Shown: piece by piece, positions 17,619 through 27,477 of the stretch
Position numbering within the stretch: position 1 is the first letter of the stretch
How the letters are laid out: every line of letters starts with the position of its first letter
IMG/VR virus record: IMGVR_UViG_3300032216_001891
Span: 90,555 to 154,554 of that record
DNA from: a virus
Lineage: Duplodnaviria; Caudoviricetes
DNA length: 64,000 nt
Reading direction: 5' to 3' (one strand)
Position numbers and translations under genes: made by a program
Notes under the pieces: generated by a model
What the model was told of the DNA's origin: nothing
The model's input: the letters and a program-made list of their open reading frames with translations, nothing else
The model's database searches: none

Positions 17619-18607
17619 TTGGGATAACTCCTTGATAAAAATTCCACGTAACCGGCGGCTTGCTCGCTGATTCTTTTTAAATCATACTTGCCACAAAACT
17701 TCAAAAACAGTGTACCAATCTGGCTCACTGCTTTGGGCACCGCATTGGTGGCTATGGTTTCTGTTATTTTTGCCTTGACATCATCGGGCTGTGCAGAAAG
17801 ATCCACTAGTGTGACATTGCGTTGGTAATCATCCAACACTCTGTGTTCTTCTCCATTGTGGTCAGTCCAGCGACTCAGCATCAAGTTGTTCCACGCGAAC
17901 CCTTTTTTATCCCGGTCTTCGTAGGCTTCTTTGAGTCCAACTTTATTCTTACTTCCAACTGTCCTGACGCCATGGTACGCACTGAATACGTTGTCTGTGG
18001 GGTCGCCTCGCATACATTTTTCAAAAAGGATCCAACTTGGATCAGGTATGGATCGGTTTGCTTTAGTTTTTTTATCTTTGACTGGGGAACCCTTTTTGTC
18101 AAATATGCCCGTAATAGTGTGTAGCTCATCTGCTATCCCGTTGTATTGTTGTACGTTTTCACGCAACAGTTGATAAAAATCTGTGTCACTGCTGACTATG
18201 ACATGCTCGTCTTGGGGGTGACTTTGTATCCATCCGGCAATGAGATCATCGGCTTCTAAATTCTCATGTTGTAGCACTGTGCAGTTGGTTTTCTCTGCTA
18301 GGAAAGTTTTAAGTTCATCAAATGCTTCCCAAAACAATCTATCCTCTTCGGCTTCGGATTCGGTCAAGGCCGCACGTGCCACCGAGCGATTCTTTTTATA
18401 TGGTTCGTAGTAGTCCTTGCGCCACGATCTACCTTCCAAACAGAACACCACATGGTCGGCCCGTTGATCTCTAAAGGCCTTATTTACACTGCCCAAGGTA
18501 ACATGTATAGCAAAGCCCAATCTGTCCCAAGTGTCTGTTTGTCTATGGGCCGAGTGTCTAGCACGAAAGAATGTATTTGCTGTGTCAACTATTAGATATT
18601 TTGTCAT
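17615..18607 (-). CDS. rnh: T4 RNase H-like 5'-3' exonuclease (FEN/PIN fold)
   Basis: LIVDTAN, SWRKDYYEPYKKNR, EADDLIA, SSDTDFYQL, GDPTDNV. Confidence 0.9.
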   Translation of the reverse strand: MTKYLIVDTANTFFRARHSAHRQTDTWDRLGFAIHVTLGSVNKAFRDQRADHVVFCLEGRSWRKDYYEPYKKNRSVARAALTESEAEEDRLFWEAFDELKTFLAEKTNCTVLQHENLEADDLIAGWIQSHPQDEHVIVSSDTDFYQLLRENVQQYNGIADELHTITGIFDKKGSPVKDKKTKANRSIPDPSWILFEKCMRGDPTDNVFSAYHGVRTVGSKNKVGLKEAYEDRDKKGFAWNNLMLSRWTDHNGEEHRVLDDYQRNVTLVDLSAQPDDVKAKITETIATNAVPKAVSQIGTLFLKFCGKYDLKRISEQAAGYVEFLSRSYPK

Positions 18608-18613
18608 ACAGTA

Positions 18614-18642
18614 ATAATAGCATATAACTATTTAGTGGTCAA
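18614..18642 (-). promoter_or_regulatory. composite promoter TTGACC-N17-TATTAT with TAAATA in the spacer
   Basis: ggtcaa 18637-42, tattta 18629-34, ataata 18614-19. Confidence 0.55.
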
Positions 18643-19329
18643 TAACTTTAATATCATATTGGAATATAAAAATTCAGCCCAGGCTTGGTGTGCTGCTGCA
18701 CCAAAATGGTAACTGTCAGGAGCCACTGTGGCAAACCCATTATTCTTACACCAGTTGTAGTACGTGAAATTGGGGTCATACGGAGCCAAGTAGCGGCCAT
18801 TCCAATCAAACTGTTTGACACCGGTCCAGGGTTCGTAACTAGTGAAGAAAAAATGATTTACGCCCAAGCGTTCTAACTCTTGATGAAAATTGTAAATGTA
18901 CTGATGCGAGCGATTCATGGTGGGTTGCCATTGGAATTCTGTTACCCATTTGCGATACTGTTCTTTTATCTGCTGAGGCCAATCTTCACCTTCACCCGCA
19001 GCATTTATTTGCCACCATACATCATCATAAAACCACTCTTCACGTTCCCATGTGCTCCAACCAATGATGACTAGATCGGGTTTGGGATTATTTTTTAGAT
19101 ATTGCCCAGTGGTTCTTATTATTCTACTGTTGCTGGCAGCACTTTCGGCATCACAGTGCAACACGGCACCCAACTGATTGGCTATGTGACAACCGTAACT
19201 TGCCCGTTCATTGTCAGGATGAGGCCTACGAGCCAAGGCCCAGTATAGTGGATCGTCATTGGCAAAACAATAGTTGTTTACTGCTTCGGCACCGGCACTA
19301 TGACTGTCACCGTTGACGTAAACGATCAT
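18628..19329 (-). CDS. SGNH-like hypothetical protein
   Basis: YVNGDSHSAG, SNSRIIRTT, IIGWS, HFGAAAHQAWA; start refined. Confidence 0.65.
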   Translation of the reverse strand: MIVYVNGDSHSAGAEAVNNYCFANDDPLYWALARRPHPDNERASYGCHIANQLGAVLHCDAESAASNSRIIRTTGQYLKNNPKPDLVIIGWSTWEREEWFYDDVWWQINAAGEGEDWPQQIKEQYRKWVTEFQWQPTMNRSHQYIYNFHQELERLGVNHFFFTSYEPWTGVKQFDWNGRYLAPYDPNFTYYNWCKNNGFATVAPDSYHFGAAAHQAWAEFLYSNMILKLLTTK

Positions 19330-19628
19330 TGCCAACCTATCATGCACATGGTTTTGAACATTTCCCAGTCCTGTTCCAGTTCAAAGTAAAAGCGATAACG
19401 GGACTCCTGCCATGCTCCCTCGCAGGTTTCCTTGAGATATACACATATCTGTTCAGTTTGTCGTTGAGTCGCGGCCTTGTCCCATCTCCAAGTACGAACT
19501 CCGCTGGCCCATTCCGTTTGGTCACTCATCATGGGTTTGTCGGGCAATACCCAATATCTAAAGACCAATTCCGGATTGCCATCACTGTCGAACGATTCTG
19601 CTCCTGATGATTTACCTGACTTCATCAA
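19326..19628 (-). CDS. hypothetical protein
   Basis: 100 aa coupled ORF. Confidence 0.55.
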   Translation of the reverse strand: MMKSGKSSGAESFDSDGNPELVFRYWVLPDKPMMSDQTEWASGVRTWRWDKAATQRQTEQICVYLKETCEGAWQESRYRFYFELEQDWEMFKTMCMIGWQ

Positions 19629-20113
19629 CTGATCTCGGTTTTGCCGTCGCCTAGATCCTTCCGATCCAGCACTCTTGGTCTAGCTTCAAGGGGTTGATTG
19701 GCTTCCCACTGTTCGTAATTCTCTTGTACAATGTTACGGCATACATCCTGGAACCAGCGATCCACTATCACAGAATCTTCTTCGCCGGGTTTGCTTTGAT
19801 AACCTTGTCTAACCAAGTTGACAATAAACTTTTCGTTCCAATCCAGTTCAAATGCACCGTTGCCAATGTTGTCTGGATCCAAGTCCACTTTGACCACACT
19901 GACCCAAGGCTCGCCTTTGAGTGTGGCTGTGTCCTTGGGCGACATGTTGCCCAAACGTGCCCATGTGTCTAATCCATCATCGGCATCTGCAGTTTTTTTT
20001 GTTGCGGCTTTGGGTTGTTTAGGCCTGGGCTGTTTAGGCTTGGGCTCGGGCGTTGGTGTCAGCTCAGGTGCAACCTCTGGAGTTGCTTTTTTAAATCTAT
20101 CAAATATTCCCAT
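19625..20113 (-). CDS. hypothetical protein
   Basis: 162 aa, GAFELDWN. Confidence 0.7.
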   Translation of the reverse strand: MGIFDRFKKATPEVAPELTPTPEPKPKQPRPKQPKAATKKTADADDGLDTWARLGNMSPKDTATLKGEPWVSVVKVDLDPDNIGNGAFELDWNEKFIVNLVRQGYQSKPGEEDSVIVDRWFQDVCRNIVQENYEQWEANQPLEARPRVLDRKDLGDGKTEIS

Positions 20114-20117
20114 TTTA

Positions 20118-20477
20118 TTATCCTTTTAAATTCTGTATCTCATACTCATTTTTTAACGAATAAGGATTACAGTGGTTCAGGTCAGCAAGCCTGCGTCTTC
20201 CTTGGTTTTCCTCTTCCACCTTGGCTATCAAATCCATGGACCAGTCCGGGTACAAGCGTAACTCATACTCGCAAATTTGATCAATTTGCCAGGAATCAAA
20301 TATCGCAGGCACATATTCATGTTTCTCGGCCTCTTCTACAGCATGTGCGTTATACTGTTCTAATCTTTCCCTGATGTCCAATACCAATTGTGCATAATCT
20401 TCATCAGTTACATATCCAAATATTCCGGCTATTTTTTTAAAAAATGACATCATACTCGTTAATCTTTCAACAACCAT
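20118..20477 (-). CDS. hypothetical protein
   Basis: 119 aa ORF; start uncertain. Confidence 0.55.
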   Translation of the reverse strand: MVVERLTSMMSFFKKIAGIFGYVTDEDYAQLVLDIRERLEQYNAHAVEEAEKHEYVPAIFDSWQIDQICEYELRLYPDWSMDLIAKVEEENQGRRRLADLNHCNPYSLKNEYEIQNLKG

Positions 20478-20719
20478 ATTAAATGTTCTACTGTGCTGTG
20501 ATACCTAGTAAAATAATCTGGACCTCTAACAATCAGCACACCCTGATAAGCTGTTTCCAACCACATCAGTCGTCCACTTATGTCACACCGACGAGGCCAC
20601 CATAGGTATCGCAACCGCCACTCAGCTTTTTTTCGAAATAGGTCATCTCCATAAACAGGATTCCCTATGCTGTCAACAGAGTAGTAGTTGAATTTAGGTA
20701 TAGGCATTAGGTGCCCCAC
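20459..20719 (-). CDS. hypothetical protein
   Basis: WWPRRCDISGRLMWL; start probably MPIPKF. Confidence 0.55.
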   Translation of the reverse strand: MGHLMPIPKFNYYSVDSIGNPVYGDDLFRKKAEWRLRYLWWPRRCDISGRLMWLETAYQGVLIVRGPDYFTRYHSTVEHLIWLLKD

Positions 20720-21573
20720 TCGTTCTTAAAAAGCGGAACTTGAAGTCGGTCACTGTATCTCAAACCGTGTCGCATGGCCATCTCGGCCACACGGCGATTG
20801 TTTAGTGCATACACACTTTCTACTCCGCCCACTGGCATCAAGTACACAGGTACGCATACCAAACTAGTCCAATATTCATCCCGAGCCCGCAGTGCATCCT
20901 CAAGATCCTGTTCTGTGGCAATTACAAATTTAAGATACACATCACCCACGTCTCGATATTCGCTTACTATTTTTGGAAGTATAGCATCTTCCCAACGCTC
21001 GCCCGATCCAGGAAGTTTGGCACTGACACTGAATGTGACTTCTCTATCAGAGGGATAGCAATTTTTGTTCTTTTTCCACTTTTTCAAGTATTCCTTGAAT
21101 TCAGGATCTAACTTTTGCGTACCATTGGTTTCAAATGTGATCTCTTTCAGCATGGCCATATCAGGATGATCCAACAGATCTGCATAGGCACGTTGCCAAC
21201 CCAACAAGGGTTCGCCTCCAGTAATCACAAGATGTTCCCACAGCCATCTATTCTCTGGTAATATCTCCATGATACGCTCCACAATGGCATCTGTGGAGAG
21301 CATGGGACTGAGATGTTTAAAGTCTGGATGCCACGACGCATAACTGTCACAGCCGGTTGACACCAATGGCAAACTTTCATATCGTGGATAAGGATACAAT
21401 TCATGTACTGCAGCAAGTTCATCTGCTTCTGTGCTTGACTCGCCTCTGGGCATACCAAAGCCAGCACATTTAAAGTTACAGCCAAAAGTTCTAAGGAATA
21501 CACTGGGTACTCCCATGTATTTGCCTTCACCTTGAATCGAGTAAAACAACTCTGCTATTTTAATCTTGCTCAT
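20707..21573 (-). CDS. queE: 7-carboxy-7-deazaguanine synthase QueE (radical SAM)
   Basis: ELFYSIQGEG, FLRTFGCNFKC...CDS, VITGGEPLL, FETNGT, YLMP, RLQVPL. Confidence 0.92.
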   Translation of the reverse strand: MSKIKIAELFYSIQGEGKYMGVPSVFLRTFGCNFKCAGFGMPRGESSTEADELAAVHELYPYPRYESLPLVSTGCDSYASWHPDFKHLSPMLSTDAIVERIMEILPENRWLWEHLVITGGEPLLGWQRAYADLLDHPDMAMLKEITFETNGTQKLDPEFKEYLKKWKKNKNCYPSDREVTFSVSAKLPGSGERWEDAILPKIVSEYRDVGDVYLKFVIATEQDLEDALRARDEYWTSLVCVPVYLMPVGGVESVYALNNRRVAEMAMRHGLRYSDRLQVPLFKNEWGT

Positions 21574-21865
21574 CGAATATTGTACTCCACTTTCGTAATT
21601 TGTTGAATTTGTTTTGTTTTGCCGCTGTTATTTCTTCCTGTGTAACAACTCCGTGTTGTTCTAATAGTTCAATCATGGCCACAACATCACCAATTTCTTT
21701 CACTAAGTGTTCACGTTGTGTGCCTGACTCTTTGATGTACACATTCTCCATACCAAAACGTTTGCACTTGCTGATGCTTTGTATCACCTCGGCACACTCT
21801 TCTTGTAGTATGTCTAATATTTCGTTAACCTTCGTATATTGCACTGTTGGCTCCATGTTCTGCAC
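21560..21865 (-). CDS. MazG-like NTP pyrophosphohydrolase
   Basis: LQEECAEVIQ...KEIGDV (EExxE...ExxD). Confidence 0.8.
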   Translation of the reverse strand: MQNMEPTVQYTKVNEILDILQEECAEVIQSISKCKRFGMENVYIKESGTQREHLVKEIGDVVAMIELLEQHGVVTQEEITAAKQNKFNKLRKWSTIFDEQD

Positions 21866-22451
21866 ATTCTACTCGTACACAATAACAACGATTGTTAGTA
21901 TGTTTTCTAATCAACTGATCGGCAAAATAAAATGCATGTTCGGCAAACTTCTCTGCACCCACACCATTGAATATTCTAATTTCGGCTAGGCCCAGTTCCT
22001 CTAATTCTTGGAATTTGGCAAGATATGGATCTCGTTTGTCCAATGCCAATTTATGATCAAACTGATCCTCCAACCAGGCCTTGAGTGGTTTGAGTCCACC
22101 AAAGTCCACTGCCCAGTTTTTGTCATCTAACTCGTCACATCCAAATGTAAATGTAAATGCTAGACTGTAACCATGTAGCAAATGACAATGACTGTGATCT
22201 GCGTTGGGTTGACGAAACACAGCACTGAGTCCAATATTGTGTCCGTAGTGCTTGGTTGAGTAATATTTTGCCCCAGACCTTTGCCCTGCTAGGGCAATGT
22301 CATTGAGTACTTGTTCTGAGGATTGAACCTTATTGCGTAACTGTTCAATATATTCAGATGTTTCGTCGCTATCCGCCTTGGTGCTATGATAGTGGTTGAT
22401 GCGAGCATCGAAGTAGTCGCTCAGTGCCGATGTAAAAGTTTTATTTGCCAT
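21825..22451 (-). CDS. queD: 6-carboxytetrahydropterin synthase QueD with an N-terminal extension of about 60 aa
   Basis: HSHCHLLHGY, WAVDFG, FDHK, GAEKFAE, EHGANSA. Confidence 0.88.
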   Translation of the reverse strand: MANKTFTSALSDYFDARINHYHSTKADSDETSEYIEQLRNKVQSSEQVLNDIALAGQRSGAKYYSTKHYGHNIGLSAVFRQPNADHSHCHLLHGYSLAFTFTFGCDELDDKNWAVDFGGLKPLKAWLEDQFDHKLALDKRDPYLAKFQELEELGLAEIRIFNGVGAEKFAEHAFYFADQLIRKHTNNRCYCVRVECAEHGANSAIYEG

Positions 22452-22540
22452 TGTGATTCTCCTATGTTAGATTATAGCATAGGCTTGCAGAATTTGTCGA
22501 GCGGGATGAAAGCCAGAGAGTCCGCCGGAAACAGTATTTA
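22452..22540 (-). promoter_or_regulatory. structured 5' leader of queD (SD-sequestering hairpin overlapping a promoter)
   Basis: CCTATG-11nt-CATAGG hairpin pairing with part of AGGAG; second stem GGCGG...CCGCT; TAAATA at 22535-40. Confidence 0.5.
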
Positions 22541-23089
22541 TTGTTGCCACCAGGCTTCCCAAGGAAAAACACACCACACTGGGTCTTCCAGTTTATTGAT
22601 GTCTGTTCCCGAATAGTCCACCAAAAACTCACTCACAGTGTTGTTCACCAGCACAGCAGTTCGAACATTGTGATGCCAGACATTTAGCCAACGATCGTGA
22701 TTGGGCAAACAACTGCTTTGCCAATCCTCTCGAATCCAAGACAGTGTGGCACCGGAATCATTGATGTCGTCTACTATTAATATACGTTTAGCATGTATGG
22801 TGTAATCAAATGCACTGTTGGTGCCTAGACCTTGATATCCACCATCCACCCAACCAAATGCATCTTCCGCCATGCTGAGATTACTGGTACATTCATCTCC
22901 GTCACGCAGACTCACATCCAGGCTACGCATTGGTACGCCCAAGTAATGACTCAACATCAAGGCCGGAGTCAATCCACCACGTGTGAGTCCCACAATGTAG
23001 TCGGGTCGCCACGAGCCTTCATGCAGGTCACGAATAATTTCATGCACCCAGCCACGAACATCTGCGTCGTTGTAATAGATTTTTTTCAT
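22538..23089 (-). CDS. type I phosphoribosyltransferase (Gpt/Hpt-like)
   Basis: VGLTRGGL, ILIVDDINDSGATL PRPP motif, VFPWE. Confidence 0.9.
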   Translation of the reverse strand: MKKIYYNDADVRGWVHEIIRDLHEGSWRPDYIVGLTRGGLTPALMLSHYLGVPMRSLDVSLRDGDECTSNLSMAEDAFGWVDGGYQGLGTNSAFDYTIHAKRILIVDDINDSGATLSWIREDWQSSCLPNHDRWLNVWHHNVRTAVLVNNTVSEFLVDYSGTDINKLEDPVWCVFPWEAWWQQ

Positions 23090-23835
23090 CTTGGAGCAAA
23101 CTCCTGTTGCAGTTTGATATTGTCAAAGAACTCTTTTTTAGTTGCCGGATCTGTGTTGAACGAACCTTTGAGCACTGTGGTCTGTGTTAAGCTTGAATGT
23201 GCCATTATGCCTCTATTTTCGCAACATCCGTGTACTGCTTGAATGTATACACCAACATGTTCTGAATCTGTAGCTCGCATTATTTCTCTTGCGATGTCGT
23301 TGCACAGTTCTTCCTGTAGTGTACCACGTCTAGCACACCATTGAGCAATACGAGTGTACTTGCTAAGACCAATAAGTTTGTTGGCAGCAATAATACCGAT
23401 ATAAGCCACACCAGACACAGGCTGATGATGATGGCTACACATGCTCCGAAGCTCACTTCTAACAACCAACATGCCTTCGTAACGATCCTCGTTATCATTT
23501 GGGAACGCTGTGGCATCTGGTGCAAGATCATATCTACCCGCCATTACCTCGTTAAAATACATTTTGGCCAAACGTCTTGCTGTGCCTTTTGAATTAGGAT
23601 CGGTTTCTCTATCAATCAGCAAGCGATCTAAAACAGTTTCAAATGCCTCAGCGGCTTCGTCGATCAATTGTCGTTTGATGGCATCATTATTAACATATTC
23701 GCTAATATTGTCACCTGCCCAAAATCTTTTACCATTGCGTTTCATTGTGGCGCGAATTACGTCTGATACCGGGCACAGTCGATAACCGCCGTTGCCTGCC
23801 ATTGCCTCTAATGCTGTTTCTTTTTTGTTTGTCAA
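23086..23835 (-). CDS. folE: GTP cyclohydrolase I
   Basis: TARRLAKMY, SMCSHHHQP, IGLSKYTRI, LQEEL, HGCCENRG. Confidence 0.95.
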   Translation of the reverse strand: MTNKKETALEAMAGNGGYRLCPVSDVIRATMKRNGKRFWAGDNISEYVNNDAIKRQLIDEAAEAFETVLDRLLIDRETDPNSKGTARRLAKMYFNEVMAGRYDLAPDATAFPNDNEDRYEGMLVVRSELRSMCSHHHQPVSGVAYIGIIAANKLIGLSKYTRIAQWCARRGTLQEELCNDIAREIMRATDSEHVGVYIQAVHGCCENRGIMAHSSLTQTTVLKGSFNTDPATKKEFFDNIKLQQEFAPR

Positions 23836-23858
23836 TTCGTTCTCCCGTGTATTGTGTT

Positions 23859-23887
23859 ATTGTATAGTATTTAGATCTTTATGTCAA
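23859..23887 (-). promoter_or_regulatory. composite promoter TTGACA-N17-TACAAT with TAAATA in the spacer
   Basis: tgtcaa 23882-87, tattta 23868-73, attgta 23859-64. Confidence 0.6.
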
Positions 23888-23937
23888 ATAATTATGAACA
23901 TATATCATATAATAAATACCAAAACAATTTGAGTAAA

Positions 23938-25020
23938 ATGAAAAGAGCTGTCATTTGTGTAACCAATCCGCAGGATTATATCCATCAACTTGATGATTAC
24001 AGCATTATGATCATCAATCCCGATGTGGTACCTGCACGACGTCAGTATCTATTAGATCGTTCGGATTGGAGTCTGCTGATCACAGCCCAGGGTGAGCAAC
24101 ATCGCAACGGTGGCGATTATGTCAATGAACGAGTGTTGTGGTACACAAGTGGCACCACCGGCGATAGTAAGTTTTGCAGTTTTAGTCAACGACAATTGAA
24201 TCACATGGCGGAAACCATTGTACGTGCATATGATTTGAGCGAACAGGATAGATATGTCAGTGTCATGAGTCTTTGGCATGCACACGGGCAAGGATTTTAT
24301 TGGGCCTCACAGTTGGCCGGATGCGAAACGCACTACCTTGGTATGAAAAATATCAGAGATTGGCCCAGCTTCAGTCCCACATTCGTCACAGCCATACCCG
24401 ATGTGTTAAAAACTGCACTCGGTCTCAAATTTGATAAAAATCTTAGATTCATACGCACAGCCAGTGCACCATTGCCCGATGCAACTTACCGGGCCTTGAA
24501 GCAACAGTTTGCAGTTCCTGTACTAGAAGCATTTGGTATGACCGAAGCCATGAGTCATTGTTTTACCAATCCCTTACATGGAGAACAGCGAATGGGCACA
24601 GTGGGACTACCGTCGGGTGTTGAGGCCTGTATTGACCATGGACATTTGCTTATTCGCGGCCCCACCTTGGATCGAGATGCATGGTTTGACACCGGAGATT
24701 TGGCCGAACAAGATTCAGCCGGCTATTACCGTATCCTGGGACGCAGTTGCGATCAAATCAATATACGTGGTGTTAAAATAAATCCACAGAGCTTGGAACA
24801 AAAAATTCTCGAAAACTTTAGCGAGGTCTCCGAAGTTGCTGTGTTTGGAAACGACACAGTGAAATGCGTATATGTTGGTTCAGAAATCAACAGTGCAATT
24901 CAAAGATTTTTATGTGAGTTGGGCCCGCAGTGTCGCGCCACAGTGTTACAGTCGGTCGCTGCTATACCCTTGACACCGGCTGGTAAAATATCCCGCAGTT
25001 GGTTAAATACTCTTTATTAA
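23938..25020 (+). CDS. AMP-binding (ANL superfamily) adenylating enzyme, short form
   Basis: YTSGTTGDSK, FGMTEA, FDTGDL, GRSCDQINIRG, GKI; start refined. Confidence 0.88.
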   Translation: MKRAVICVTNPQDYIHQLDDYSIMIINPDVVPARRQYLLDRSDWSLLITAQGEQHRNGGDYVNERVLWYTSGTTGDSKFCSFSQRQLNHMAETIVRAYDLSEQDRYVSVMSLWHAHGQGFYWASQLAGCETHYLGMKNIRDWPSFSPTFVTAIPDVLKTALGLKFDKNLRFIRTASAPLPDATYRALKQQFAVPVLEAFGMTEAMSHCFTNPLHGEQRMGTVGLPSGVEACIDHGHLLIRGPTLDRDAWFDTGDLAEQDSAGYYRILGRSCDQINIRGVKINPQSLEQKILENFSEVSEVAVFGNDTVKCVYVGSEINSAIQRFLCELGPQCRATVLQSVAAIPLTPAGKISRSWLNTLY

Positions 25021-25601
25021 CGTAAATCAAGTTGTCGAAGATCTGGGTAAGTTTGATGAGTCACAGTGCTACCGATCAAAGGCAGATTTATTAATCCTTG
25101 ACGACAGATTTCCAGTGTGGGGCAATAGTGGTATCCCTCTCCAAATTGGGTTTGATCTTGCCAAGGTGTGATGTGCAGGTCTCTACCATCACTACGCATA
25201 CGGCTTAATTCTTCGTATTCCTGTTTGGAGTCTAGTAGTATAGCACCAGCACGACCCAGGTGCAGGGGTTTGCCATGTCCAAAGCTCACACACTGTTTCA
25301 TGCCCGGTCTATACATACCGGGACGTAATAGTCTAGCACTGTCCCATATATTGGTTTTGGCAAATTGATATTCGCCGGCCGAGCTCCAGTATTCGGTTTT
25401 TAATTCATACCCAACACTCAGCCGGTGCATCAACTGTGGAATGCTTAGGTACGTAAACGCTGTGAATTCTGTATAAAACACAAGATCTAATCTAAAACAA
25501 AGTTCAATGGCATGTGTACAGCAGTCGGTCACAACTGCATAGGGTGCTCCGGTGTATTCGGCTAACTGTTTTTCAAATTCAAACAACACTTCAAAACTCA
25601 T
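25017..25601 (-). CDS. short DegT-like PLP-dependent aminotransferase
   Basis: FEKQLAEYTGAPYAVVTDCCTHA, WDSA, SFGHGKPL, GAIL; start refined. Confidence 0.8.
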   Translation of the reverse strand: MSFEVLFEFEKQLAEYTGAPYAVVTDCCTHAIELCFRLDLVFYTEFTAFTYLSIPQLMHRLSVGYELKTEYWSSAGEYQFAKTNIWDSARLLRPGMYRPGMKQCVSFGHGKPLHLGRAGAILLDSKQEYEELSRMRSDGRDLHITPWQDQTQFGEGYHYCPTLEICRQGLINLPLIGSTVTHQTYPDLRQLDLR

Positions 25602-25669
25602 TGACTTTCCTTTATATACACAATATAATAACATAAGTACAGTACAATATCAATTAATTTTTATCCAAT

Positions 25670-26749
25670 ATGTCCAAACGAGCCGTTATTTGTGTTAAAC
25701 AACCACATCTAATCATTCCGCAGTTGTCTGACTACAGCGTCATGATAGTAAATCCCGATGCAACAGAGTCGCGATTAAAATATTTGCTAGACAATTCCGA
25801 CTACAGTTTACTTGTTACAGAATCAGGCGAACAGTGGCGCGACGGTGGGGACTATGTCAACGAACGTGTGTTACAATACACCTCGGGCACCACCGGTGAT
25901 AGTAAATTTTGTGCATTTACACAAAAGCAACTGGATTATGCATCGGACCAATTGATTTCTGCGTTTTCTTTAACTGCAAATGATAGATACACTGGTGTAA
26001 TGCCACTATGGTCAGGTCATGGGCAAGGATTTTATTGGGCCACAGAACGAGCAAAATGTGAAAGAAACTTTTTGTCAATTAAAGAGGTAAGATCAATTGC
26101 TCGATATCACCCAACTTGTTTAACAGCAGTTCCACACATATTAAAATTATTTTTAAATTGTGATTTGGATAATTTACGTTTCATTCGCAGTGGAGGAGCT
26201 CCACTACCCTATACTTTACACCAAGCACTTGAACAAAAGTTCAAGACTGCTGTGTTAGAAACTTGTGGATTTACCGAAGCATTGAGTCTTGGATTCTGTA
26301 ATAGAATTAGTCAAAACGTTCCAGGCACTGTGGGACTCCCTGTGGGCATTGAAGCTAGAATCGATCAAGGTCATTTAGAAATACGAGGACCTTCGTTATT
26401 TGTTGACGGATGGTATGACACCGGAGATTTGGCCGAACAAGATAGTGCGGGCAATTTTAAATTGACAGGAAGGTCTAGAGATCAAATCAACATCAAAGGA
26501 GTCAAAATCAATCCTTTGAGTTTAGAATCACATTTGATTAAAAATTGCAATGAAATTGGTGAAGTGGTGGTATTTGGCACAGACAGTGTCAAATGCATGT
26601 ATACTGGTTCCTCGGAACCAATTGAAGTTAGAAAAGTTTTAGTAACCCTTGGCCAATACTGCTGGCCCACTGCGATTCTACAGGTGGATCAAATACCATT
26701 AAGTCCCGGTGGTAAAGTTTCCAGACATTTTCTTAATATGCTGTATTAA
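25670..26749 (+). CDS. AMP-binding adenylating enzyme, paralog of 23938..25020
   Basis: YTSGTTGDSKFC, GFTEA, YDTGDLAEQDSAG, GKVSR; collinear with the paralog. Confidence 0.88.
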   Translation: MSKRAVICVKQPHLIIPQLSDYSVMIVNPDATESRLKYLLDNSDYSLLVTESGEQWRDGGDYVNERVLQYTSGTTGDSKFCAFTQKQLDYASDQLISAFSLTANDRYTGVMPLWSGHGQGFYWATERAKCERNFLSIKEVRSIARYHPTCLTAVPHILKLFLNCDLDNLRFIRSGGAPLPYTLHQALEQKFKTAVLETCGFTEALSLGFCNRISQNVPGTVGLPVGIEARIDQGHLEIRGPSLFVDGWYDTGDLAEQDSAGNFKLTGRSRDQINIKGVKINPLSLESHLIKNCNEIGEVVVFGTDSVKCMYTGSSEPIEVRKVLVTLGQYCWPTAILQVDQIPLSPGGKVSRHFLNMLY

Positions 26750-27469
26750 TACATCAGCATAAACCTTGTGTGCCGGCGATTCTACTACTCTTTTGTTATA
26801 GTAATGTCCCGACTGGCCAGCCATTGTTACCAACTGTACCTCTTGAAACACACAGTCCCAATCCAATAATTGATACAAGTCCTTGAATCTATGTAGGCCC
26901 GTATATGGCCTAGTGGGTAAAAAAAGGTAAGGTTGATTTTTCTGTTTAAGTGTATTTTGCAAACAAATCATCTTAATCAAATTTTGTTTTTTTATTTGTG
27001 AAAAATTGCTGGATAGGTAATGGTTAAATAAATTTTTTACTTGCGTATTTTTTTCCAATTTTAAGGAACTATTAAATATCCAATTGGATTGAAATTGCTC
27101 GTAATTAAAATTTCTATATTTTATTTCCTTTGAATTTATACCAGATTCTTTGGCAACTATGTATTGATTTATTTTATGTAATCTAGCAGCTTCTTTTATC
27201 CTACTGTGACTAGAATATCGTACATTGGGAAAAAGATCAATATTGTCAACTTGTACATCTACCCTGTCGCACTGGGGCCACATCACTAGTACCAAGTCAA
27301 AAGTATTTTTTGTTATGGCGTCTATGGTTGTATGCAATACATAATCAAATCCACTACCCACCAAGGAAAGATTGGTAATGTCCCAGTTTTCTTTCTGTTG
27401 TACGAAGTCAGGCCATCCTCCACCCACAAACCCTCTAACCGAACAAGCACCATTGATTAGTAGTTTCAT
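26699..27469 (-). CDS. hypothetical protein, degenerate SGNH-like
   Basis: LLINGACS, NLSLVGSG, LVMWP; very AT-rich. Confidence 0.55.
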   Translation of the reverse strand: MKLLINGACSVRGFVGGGWPDFVQQKENWDITNLSLVGSGFDYVLHTTIDAITKNTFDLVLVMWPQCDRVDVQVDNIDLFPNVRYSSHSRIKEAARLHKINQYIVAKESGINSKEIKYRNFNYEQFQSNWIFNSSLKLEKNTQVKNLFNHYLSSNFSQIKKQNLIKMICLQNTLKQKNQPYLFLPTRPYTGLHRFKDLYQLLDWDCVFQEVQLVTMAGQSGHYYNKRVVESPAHKVYADVLIQHIKKMSGNFTTGT

Positions 27470-27477
27470 ATTTTTAT

